Assembly (NCBI GenBank): GCA_963806535.1
Contig: CAWDYC010000004.1
Location: 448,001 to 512,000, forward strand
Reading direction: 5' to 3'
From: Candidatus Bathyarchaeota archaeon
GTDB lineage: Archaea > Thermoproteota > Bathyarchaeia > Bathyarchaeales > Bathycorpusculaceae
DNA: 64,000 nucleotides
Shown: piece by piece, positions 31,145 through 39,245 of the stretch
Numbering within the stretch: the stretch's first letter is position 1
Layout of the letters: each line of letters starts with the position of its first letter
The notes under the pieces: generated by a model
What the model was told of the DNA's origin: nothing
Database searches by the model: none
Seen by the model: the letters and a program-made list of their open reading frames with translations, nothing else
Position numbers and translations under genes: made by a program

Positions 31145-31160
31145 TTTAACTAAAGTTAAA
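31145..31160. promoter_or_regulatory. Palindrome TTTAACT-AA-AGTTAAA between cbiM and the divergent regulator
   Basis: Perfect 7-2-7 inverted repeat. Confidence 0.5.
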
Positions 31161-31176
31161 GTCAGGTTGAATAACT

Positions 31177-32022
31177 TTGCCGAAGAAAACCACCCCCACT
31201 ATACTTTTGCGTGAAAAAGGCGAATTCACAAAGTTCCAAATCCTCCTCGAAATCATGCGAAACCAACCACACATAAAACAAAAAGACATCAGCGACAAAC
31301 TAGGCATAACAATCCAAGCGATATCAAAATATTTCAAAAAACTCACAAAAGAAGGTCTATTAGAAGCAGGTTCAGAACGTGCAGACTACCGCTTAACACC
31401 CAAAGCCGTCATTAAACTGCGTGAAGATATCCGCGGCCTTGAAAGTTACGTCAACGAAATAAAACATGATCTAAAAATTGAGCATGCGTGGCCAGCCATC
31501 GCAACTGAACCTGTTAGGGCAGGACAAGAAGTTGGCTTGATCATGAGAGAAGGCGTCATGTACACAACTGAATCCCATAATGCTTCTGCAGAAGCAAAAG
31601 GGATAGCGCTCTCTGACGCCGAAGCGGGTGAAGATTTAGGATTAAAAGAACTTCGTGGAAAAGTCAAAATGAAACAAGGAAAAATCCTAATCATAAAGCT
31701 ACCTAGCATCCGAAAAGGTGGCTCCAAAGCAGTAGACCTAACAAAACTCAAAGTATTTTATGACGAGTTTAACCCCGATCGGGTGGGTGTTATGGGTGCA
31801 GTTGGAAGAGCGGTCTTAAACAAGATGGGTCTTAAAGCGGATATTGAGTTTGGAATCAGCCGTTCAGCCGCCATCGCTGCTTCAAGAGGCTTAAACGTTT
31901 TCGTTCTTGTTGTCGGCCGGATGGTTAATCGGATGATTCAAGAAATTGACCAAATTAACATGAAAACAAGTGCGGAAATAATTTATGAAGTTAAGGACGC
32001 TCAGAAAACAAATATAATTTAA
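31177..32022 (+). CDS. Archaeal wHTH transcriptional regulator (COG1497-like)
   Basis: KFQILLEI..QKDISDKLGITIQAISKYFKKL; C-terminal AAIAASRGLNV. Confidence 0.8.
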   Translation: MPKKTTPTILLREKGEFTKFQILLEIMRNQPHIKQKDISDKLGITIQAISKYFKKLTKEGLLEAGSERADYRLTPKAVIKLREDIRGLESYVNEIKHDLKIEHAWPAIATEPVRAGQEVGLIMREGVMYTTESHNASAEAKGIALSDAEAGEDLGLKELRGKVKMKQGKILIIKLPSIRKGGSKAVDLTKLKVFYDEFNPDRVGVMGAVGRAVLNKMGLKADIEFGISRSAAIAASRGLNVFVLVVGRMVNRMIQEIDQINMKTSAEIIYEVKDAQKTNII

Positions 32023-32044
32023 CAAAGAAAAGAAAGGAAAGAAT

Positions 32045-32800
32045 TTATTTTTTGTTTTTTCTTACGATTGCGAATGTTCCAAATGCTACAGAAACTAGTA
32101 TTGCGGCTACTATGACGATGCTTACAGTTGAGTATTCTGGAATTGTGGGTACTGTAATGGTGCTGCTTGTTGGAACGAAGAATGCCTGAACGGCAGTTAC
32201 CCCAGTCATGTTTAGTGATAGCGTACTGGTGGTGTAGGTGTTGCCTCCGTCGGCTGTGGCAGTTACCCAGCATAAGAATTTGAAGTCGCTGCTTGGATTT
32301 GCTTGGAAGTCAGAAACTGTGCCGATTGTGTAATTGTTATAGGTTGTTGGAGCCGTTATCGATCCGGTTGGAGAAGTTGTTCCGCCTGCCGATCCGAACA
32401 TGCTGACGCTAGTTGCTCCTGTTGTTGTTGCGGTTGCTGTGTTGTTTGTGCTTGAGGTGAAAATTGCTTGAATAGCGCATGTGCCTGAGGTAATGTTGAG
32501 TGCTATAGGGTTATCAGTTGTGGTATTGGCGCCTGATGCAGTGACGGTTTCCCAAGCTATGAACGTAAAGCCTGTGCCGGCAACTGCGTTGAAGTTTACA
32601 GTTGTGCCGACATTGTAACTTTGGGTTGTTCCGCCATTTACAGTTGTGCTGTCTGCTGTGATGGTTCCTCCATCGGAGCTGTAGACGAACACAGATCCCT
32701 GTGTTTGGGCGTTGACGCCTGCACCTAAAGTAGCTATTAGAAGTGCCGATGCCAGCAAAATTAAAGCTGAGATTTTAATTTTCTTATTTGTGTTACTCAT
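32045..32800 (-). CDS. Thr-rich surface protein with two InlB B-repeat-like domains and PEF-CTERM-like signal
   Basis: Signal peptide, GGT..F.A...F.F..W repeats, TIPEYS-TM-RKNKK. Confidence 0.75.
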   Translation of the reverse strand: MSNTNKKIKISALILLASALLIATLGAGVNAQTQGSVFVYSSDGGTITADSTTVNGGTTQSYNVGTTVNFNAVAGTGFTFIAWETVTASGANTTTDNPIALNITSGTCAIQAIFTSSTNNTATATTTGATSVSMFGSAGGTTSPTGSITAPTTYNNYTIGTVSDFQANPSSDFKFLCWVTATADGGNTYTTSTLSLNMTGVTAVQAFFVPTSSTITVPTIPEYSTVSIVIVAAILVSVAFGTFAIVRKNKK

Positions 32801-32993
32801 TAAATCACCGATTCGTTAGCCCTTGCTTGCTAAGGATCGAGATATAAACTTTTGCCAGAATCCCAAAATAGAAAAATTTGTGAAAATCAAAATAACTGGT
32901 CAGCTGCTTTAAAAGTCTGATATTTTATAGCAAAATGTAAAAGTTTCAATTATTAACAAGAAATGTTTGAGAAACCAAGTTCTTGCGATTACC

Positions 32994-35081
32994 TTACCGT
33001 TCGATCGAAGTTTTGCTTACTCCAGCCTCTTTTTCGAGTGTAATTACATGGTCAGCTTTTCCTGCGAAGGCTTCACTATGGGTTACTGCAATTATTTGTT
33101 CAATGGCTTTGAATCTGCTTATGGCTTCAGCTAACCTCTCAATGCTGCCATCTTCGCTTCCTAAGTTTTCTGTGGGTTCATCAAGCATAAGTATGCTTAA
33201 GCCATGGCCTGTTCGTGACTGCATTATTAGCTGTCCTAAGCCTAAACGGTATGCAAAAGCTAGAAGTGTACGTTCTCCGCCTGAAAGGTTTGAAACTTCG
33301 CGGTCTAAGCCTGAATCGCTTTTAACATAAGGTGTGTAGGTTTCGTCGATGACGATGTTTAGCATGGGTGCTTCTCCACCGACTAAGCTATCGAGAACTT
33401 GCTGGACAAAATTGCGCAGAACTTTCACGAACTCGCTGCGAAGTTTAGGTTGAATGCTGCGATAAGCATCGCGAATGGCACCTAAAACTTCAACTGTTCT
33501 TTTAATTTTCTCCATGCGCTCAAGCTTTTCTTGAGCAAGATTTATTCGCTCTTTGGTTTCGTCTAAACGTTTGAAGAGGTCTTTTTTACGGTTTTCTTTT
33601 GTGCGTAAATCAGAATCTAACCTATAATATTGCTGAAAAGCCTGCTCCCGCTGTGTACGCGCTTGGTCCAGTGCTGATAAATCGAATTTCCCAATTTCAA
33701 ATTGTGTTACCTCAAGCTGTATTCGGAAGTCGGCTTCAAGTTTCTGTCTGTCCTCAAACTCGTTTGTTAGAGTCTTGCAGTTGTTTTCTTCTTCATTTAG
33801 TCGATTTATTAGCTCTTCAGCCCTAGTTATGCAAGTCTGTAGGGTCGAATAAGCTTCAGAAGCCGTGGTTTTAGTCTTCTGTAAATTTTCAATTTCTGCT
33901 ATCAAATGAATGAGTATTTTTTCTCTATCACTATTTTCTTGTTCAATCTTAGAAAGAAGGTTGGTTTTGTACTCTCCATCTAAAGGTTGAACACAAAGCG
34001 GGCACTTGCTCTCTTGTGACAGCGAAACCGCTCTTTTCTTATCCATTTGCAGGTTCCTCGAGGTTGCCTCTTGATCAGCCCTTAAACCGCTGATTTTATC
34101 ATCAAAAGCAGTTAAAGATGAACGCAAAGATTCAACAGGCTGGTTTACTGGCAAGCCTGCTTGCTCAAGCTTACTTAGGCACGTTTTCATTTGAGTATTA
34201 ATTGAGTTTTGCCGTTGACGCAGATTTTCAACAATGGTTTTTTTGCCTTCAATACGTTGGGTCAGTGCAGACAAGGTGTTAGCCATGTTAGCGGCGTCAG
34301 CGTGAAGCCTTGCTTCCTTTCGTTTAAGCTCTTCTATAGTTTGCTTTTTGTCCTCAAGAGTTTTCAGTTTTGAATCTGCATTATCTAACGCTTTTTTTGC
34401 AATCATCAACTTTTGAGTTGCGTTTTCAAGATCCATCTCTACAATAACATATTCTTCGCTTACCCGATTGTACTCGTTACTGAGTTTTTCTAAGCCATGC
34501 ACGTCGGGGTCTTTTTCGTAAATCCGTTTTTCTGTTTCATAATCTCGCTGATATTGAGCTATGTTGCTCCATGCAACCTCATAATCCGATAAACCGAACA
34601 ATTCATCCAATCGTCTTTGCCTGTCACGAGGTGCAGCATCCAGAAGCTCTTTGAGGTGTTCTTGTCTAAACCAAACTATTTCTCTAAAAAGATCCCTGTC
34701 TAAGCCTGTGATTGCTTTAAGTTGTTCCGCTATAGCGTCGGTTTTCATGCTTGCGACAAGTTTATCGTCTTCGTAGAGTTTGAGTTCTTCAAAATTCTGT
34801 AGGATGCTTTTGCCTTTTCTTTTTAATCCCCTCGTAAGCTTGTAGGTACTTCCGTTGTGCTTGAATTGAATCATAACTTTTCCGGAGTCTGCACTTTCAC
34901 GAAGCAAATACTCAAAACTTCTGCCAATCGAATCGCCGAAGAGGGCAAAATCAACCGCGTACAACACACTGGATTTTCCGCAGCCTAAGCCGCCGACAAG
35001 ACAGTTAAAGCCATGGGTGAAGGGCACGGTGGATTTTGTGTGGCTGCGTATGTTTTCGAGCTGGACAATTTCAATTTTCAT
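32994..35081 (-). CDS. rad50: Rad50 DNA repair ATPase
   Basis: LENIRSH, GGLGCGKSS, CPLC zinc hook, LSGGE, LDEPT, VTH; coiled coils. Confidence 0.92.
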   Translation of the reverse strand: MKIEIVQLENIRSHTKSTVPFTHGFNCLVGGLGCGKSSVLYAVDFALFGDSIGRSFEYLLRESADSGKVMIQFKHNGSTYKLTRGLKRKGKSILQNFEELKLYEDDKLVASMKTDAIAEQLKAITGLDRDLFREIVWFRQEHLKELLDAAPRDRQRRLDELFGLSDYEVAWSNIAQYQRDYETEKRIYEKDPDVHGLEKLSNEYNRVSEEYVIVEMDLENATQKLMIAKKALDNADSKLKTLEDKKQTIEELKRKEARLHADAANMANTLSALTQRIEGKKTIVENLRQRQNSINTQMKTCLSKLEQAGLPVNQPVESLRSSLTAFDDKISGLRADQEATSRNLQMDKKRAVSLSQESKCPLCVQPLDGEYKTNLLSKIEQENSDREKILIHLIAEIENLQKTKTTASEAYSTLQTCITRAEELINRLNEEENNCKTLTNEFEDRQKLEADFRIQLEVTQFEIGKFDLSALDQARTQREQAFQQYYRLDSDLRTKENRKKDLFKRLDETKERINLAQEKLERMEKIKRTVEVLGAIRDAYRSIQPKLRSEFVKVLRNFVQQVLDSLVGGEAPMLNIVIDETYTPYVKSDSGLDREVSNLSGGERTLLAFAYRLGLGQLIMQSRTGHGLSILMLDEPTENLGSEDGSIERLAEAISRFKAIEQIIAVTHSEAFAGKADHVITLEKEAGVSKTSIER

Positions 35082-36283
35082 TTTGCCAGCTCCTCAATAG
35101 CTTGCTTTATTTTTTCATCTTGTTTTCGCGTTAATGGCTCAATTAAGCTGAATGCTGATTGGGCAATTTTTTCGGCTTCTTCTCGGCTGTATCGCTCCAA
35201 AAAGATTTGTAGAAAATACTCAAATGCTTTGGTTTTCAAATCCTTAAATTCGCTTTCAAAAATTGAACGAACTATTTCATCTGAAACAGCACTCTCTTTA
35301 AGCAACACGATTGGGTGAACAAGCAAAGCCTTCTCGCCAGCACTTCGAATTTTAGCAATATCAATTTCTCCTCGACTGGCTTCAGCAGGTAGTGTACCCT
35401 TTAAAATAGGTATTATTACTGCGCCTTCAGAATCGTTATCTTTTACCATTTGAGCTGCTGACTCAGTAATTTTTGCAGATGAAATGCATGGGAAATCTTG
35501 TTCTACAACTACGAATCTTCGTGCTGAAGTTAATTCTACAGTCTGAGGATTTACTTCGCCTTTCTCGTTTACCTTGACATACAAAAAGCCTTTTTGGTTC
35601 TTTGCTTCCCTGTAATCGGCTGTTTCAGTGCAGCCGCTATAAGCCAAAGTCCCTGTTTTGAATTTGCACAAGAACCTTTCATGAACGTGGCCAGCAGCGT
35701 AATAGTTAAAGCCGTCTGGCAACTGCTCAGGTAAAAGTTCAGTTTCAATATAGGGTGGCGTAACGTTTGGCAAATCTAAAGCACCATGAAAAACAAAAAT
35801 ATTGCAAACTTTATTTTGCGGTGCTGGAGGTTTTTCCGCCATGAACCTCGGCAGTGCCTCCTGAGTCCTGTGTTTATTATGGTAGTTTGGTATGCCATAA
35901 ACGTAGCAGCTGTCGGGTTTATTCCAGCACGCGCCATCGTGTCTGGGTAGATGATGAATTAATCCAGCACTATCAAGCGGATAAAGGATCGTTCCAGTTA
36001 TCGTGTTTGGGGCAGAATCGTGTGAGCCATCAACCGTTAAAACTGGGATACCTGCGTCTTTAAGCCGTTTGAAACTCCAAATAGCATTTTCTAGAGTTAC
36101 GTTTGAGGGTCTTGGCTGATGGAAAAGGTCGCCCGCAATAATCATAAAGTCCGGCTTTAACTCAATTGTTTTATCAACAAGCTCTTTGAATGCATCATCA
36201 AAGTCTTGCCTTCTAGCTTCTAGTCCATACTGCGAATAGCCTAAATGCAAATCGGCGGCATGGACAAAGCTAAACGGCTTCAA
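35078..36283 (-). CDS. mre11: Mre11 nuclease
   Basis: HAADLHLG, AGDLFH, GSHD, YAAGHVH, YSG; TTG start at 36283. Confidence 0.93.
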   Translation of the reverse strand: MKPFSFVHAADLHLGYSQYGLEARRQDFDDAFKELVDKTIELKPDFMIIAGDLFHQPRPSNVTLENAIWSFKRLKDAGIPVLTVDGSHDSAPNTITGTILYPLDSAGLIHHLPRHDGACWNKPDSCYVYGIPNYHNKHRTQEALPRFMAEKPPAPQNKVCNIFVFHGALDLPNVTPPYIETELLPEQLPDGFNYYAAGHVHERFLCKFKTGTLAYSGCTETADYREAKNQKGFLYVKVNEKGEVNPQTVELTSARRFVVVEQDFPCISSAKITESAAQMVKDNDSEGAVIIPILKGTLPAEASRGEIDIAKIRSAGEKALLVHPIVLLKESAVSDEIVRSIFESEFKDLKTKAFEYFLQIFLERYSREEAEKIAQSAFSLIEPLTRKQDEKIKQAIEELAK

Positions 36284-36644
36284 GCGGTTGACTCCCTTTT
36301 TTTCCACTTATGCTTCAGATTAGCGGTTTGAGTATTTTAAGAGTTCTTGTACTTTTCAAAAACAAGCTCTGAATAAAAGAGTGCAAAGGATCTAACTACT
36401 AGCCCGTCTGGTGCCTTACCGCTCTGACGTCATTAACCCATTCTTTAGGTTTAATCTCCATCAATTCCCCAAGTTCTTTTGCTATTTGCTATGCTCTGGC
36501 TCTTTTTGCAGTAATATCTTTCATTTTTACTGTCACTTGTTAATTGCATTATATTATAGGTTATTTAAGACAATTTGGCAATCTTTAGGGGAAAAATATA
36601 AAGCATCATTCATACGTTACCTTTGAAAAGGCGCTTAAAGTTAG

Positions 36645-37487
36645 ATGAAATGCCAGGTTTGCAGTCAGGAAAGTCTTCTTCCATTCCGTTGTCCATTTTG
36701 TGGTGGTCAATTCTGCAGTGTACACCGTTTGCCTGAGAACCATGCATGCCCAAATATTGTTTCTGCTCGTGCACAAAGACAAGAACAAGTTATGACTCCT
36801 CAATCATACAACTCTTATCAATATACCTATAATTTGGGTCAACCCAAACGCGAGAGACATATTTACTTTAGCCAAAAAGAAGTCAAACACATATCGGTTG
36901 CAGCAGCGCTGGTAATCGGCATCGGTTTCTCCATAGGATTATATGGAAACTATCTCGGAGGTTTCCTCCTCAAAGGTTCTTATTATCAATGGACATTGAC
37001 GGTGATGTCTATTTTTGCAGTCATAATGACAGCATCTTTTTTGGCACATGAAATTGGTCACAAAATTATGGGGCAAAAAAACGGTCTATGGGCAGAATTC
37101 CGTCTAACCACCTGGGGCTCAGTTTTGACTTTGGTTAGCGTTTTTTTGCCTTTTAAAATGATTTCGCCAGGTGCAATGATGCTTGCAGGTCAACCAAACG
37201 GCGATGAGCTAGTCAAAATTTCCATTGCGGGTCCAGCCATCAATCTTATCTTTTCTACAACAATTCTTGGAGTTGCCCTTGCTCTACCAACAAGCCTGTT
37301 TGTCAGCATGCTATTCTTCGCAGCTTACATCAACGCATTCATGGCAGTGTTTAACCTCATTCCATTCGGGATCTTAGACGGATACAAAATTTTTAGCTTC
37401 AACAAGAAACTTTGGGCTATGGCTTTTGTTCCCAGCGCTCTTCTTGCTTTATTTACTTACTTGCTTACTTTTACAACCTTCCTTTGA
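36645..37487 (+). CDS. AN1 zinc finger + site-2 (M50) intramembrane protease
   Basis: CQVC..CPFCGGQFCSVHRLPENHAC; HEIGH; AGP; NLIPFGILDG. Confidence 0.88.
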   Translation: MKCQVCSQESLLPFRCPFCGGQFCSVHRLPENHACPNIVSARAQRQEQVMTPQSYNSYQYTYNLGQPKRERHIYFSQKEVKHISVAAALVIGIGFSIGLYGNYLGGFLLKGSYYQWTLTVMSIFAVIMTASFLAHEIGHKIMGQKNGLWAEFRLTTWGSVLTLVSVFLPFKMISPGAMMLAGQPNGDELVKISIAGPAINLIFSTTILGVALALPTSLFVSMLFFAAYINAFMAVFNLIPFGILDGYKIFSFNKKLWAMAFVPSALLALFTYLLTFTTFL

Positions 37488-37657
37488 AAATCTCAGATTT
37501 CGGGAACAAATTTTTGTATTTGTTTTGACAATTAATTGTCTGGAAAATTGAGAAAAGGTGCATATTTAATGTTAACTGGCTTCGCGAATAAATGAAAACA
37601 ATTATTTAGACTTGGATCTTAAATAATGTCAAAAAAGAAAAATCTAAAAACTTGGTT

Positions 37658-37966
37658 TTAGATGAGTTCAATTGTTACGTGGACTTCTTCTGGTACACGG
37701 ATGCGCATGATTCGTCTCATAACTCGTTCTTCCGAGTCAATGTCAATTAAACGTTTGTGAATGCGCATTTCCCACCTGTCCCATGTAGCTGTTCCTTCAC
37801 CTGACGGCGCTTTAAGAACTGGAACCCGCAGCCGTTTTGTCGGTAGTGGTACTGGACCGTTGATTTTGACACCTGTTTTTTGAGCGATGCTTCTAAGTTC
37901 TCCGCAAACCTCTTCTAATTTCGCGTAATCTGTGCTTGTGAGGCGTATTCTTGCTTTTCTTACCAT
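37658..37966 (-). CDS. rpsJ: 30S ribosomal protein S10
   Basis: [30 protein letters not shown]. Confidence 0.97.
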   Translation of the reverse strand: MVRKARIRLTSTDYAKLEEVCGELRSIAQKTGVKINGPVPLPTKRLRVPVLKAPSGEGTATWDRWEMRIHKRLIDIDSEERVMRRIMRIRVPEEVHVTIELI

Positions 37967-38197
37967 GTTAGTCTATCAATCCATTATTTTTCTATCTAAT
38001 ATATGTTGGTGAGACACCTTAGAGACTTCAGGGGCACATAAAAACCTTACGACTCACAGAACAGAGCTTAATGCGTAAAATTCAAACTGCTAAATCAAGA
38101 ACCATAGTATATTTAACTATCAAAGCATTTCCTGCTCACTTACCTACCCACTCCTTCTCAGTCCGTATTTGGCAAAATGAAAGCAACATTGTTTTTG

Positions 38198-38267
38198 GTC
38201 AAGAAACCTTGACTAAAAAATCACTGCTTAGTCCAGAAACCTTGACAAGAACCCTTTTATGCCAAAC
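38198..38267 (+). repeat. Promoter cassette copy B (two 16-bp palindromic boxes + BRE/TATA)
   Basis: GTCAAGAAACCTTGAC 38198-38213, GTCCAGAAACCTTGAC 38231-38246, CTTTTAT 38254-38260; 69/70 identical to the reverse complement of 8864-8933. Confidence 0.9.
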
Positions 38268-38293
38268 AAATTTCAAAGTAGAACTTGATAAAA

Positions 38294-39241
38294 ATGGGTA
38301 AGAAAGCAACAGCAGTAACGCTCATGATGACGCTCTTATTCTCAGCTTTAGCTGGAACATTGATTACAAACAGTGTTTCTGCACAAATGGGTCCAATTAT
38401 GAATAGCGGTCCAAGATTTGACCCTCTTCTAGTCAAGGTGACTTCTCCTATCGAAAATCAAGTCTACAACAATTCAGCTATTATTCAGCTAAACATTACA
38501 ATAACCAAACCGGAAGTATGGTTTACTTATGGCGGTGAGGGGATTTCATTTTTTGATTGTCAAGGTCAGGTAAATTATATCAAATATAGCATTGATGGAA
38601 AACCAAATGAAACAATTTCTGCAAATGATAAATACACTGGTTTGTCTCGGAACTCAATTCCGCATACCTTAAACTGCATATTAACTTTGCAAGGGCTTTC
38701 TCAAGGATTGCACACAATTTCCGTTACCGCGGAAGGCATATACAATTATTGGATTATTAGCTACAGCGGTACCTACACCAACAATTCTGTTGCGGGTAAT
38801 TCAAACCTGATAGATTTTTACATTAATAATTATATTCGTCCAGAAATCTCGAACCTATCATTGAGTAACGGAAAATATAATGTTTCAAATGTTCCATTAA
38901 ACTTTACAGTGAACGAGCCAACCTCATGGATAGGCTACAGTTTAGACGGAAAATTAAACATCACTACTGCTGGAAACACAACCTTAACAGCATTAACTAA
39001 TGGTGTACATAACCTGACAATCTATGTTAATGATACGTTGGGAAACACAGGCATTTCAGAAACCGTTAGCTTCAGCGTAGCCAAGCTACAGCTTTTCCCA
39101 ATTATGACTTTTGTCGTTGCCTTAGTGATAGTGGTCGTTGCGATGGCCGCTGGTTTGCTAATTTACTTCAGAAAGGGCAGACAAGTAAAATCAGGGGTCT
39201 CATTAAATCTTGAAAAAATCTTTAAGCAAAGAAGGATATGA
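38294..39241 (+). CDS. Surface protein with Ig-like domains and C-terminal anchor
   Basis: Signal peptide, YSIDG and GYSLDGK..HNLTIYVND modules, LFP-TM-RKGR. Confidence 0.75.
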   Translation: MGKKATAVTLMMTLLFSALAGTLITNSVSAQMGPIMNSGPRFDPLLVKVTSPIENQVYNNSAIIQLNITITKPEVWFTYGGEGISFFDCQGQVNYIKYSIDGKPNETISANDKYTGLSRNSIPHTLNCILTLQGLSQGLHTISVTAEGIYNYWIISYSGTYTNNSVAGNSNLIDFYINNYIRPEISNLSLSNGKYNVSNVPLNFTVNEPTSWIGYSLDGKLNITTAGNTTLTALTNGVHNLTIYVNDTLGNTGISETVSFSVAKLQLFPIMTFVVALVIVVVAMAAGLLIYFRKGRQVKSGVSLNLEKIFKQRRI

Positions 39242-39245
39242 GTGA

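Noticed and set aside
36399-36536. Minus-strand 45-codon antitoxin-like ORF with in-frame TAG at 36489-36491 (possible pyrrolysine readthrough)
   Set aside because: TAG is a normal stop for cbiT, cbiF and asnA here and no pyl genes are seen; more likely a gene remnant
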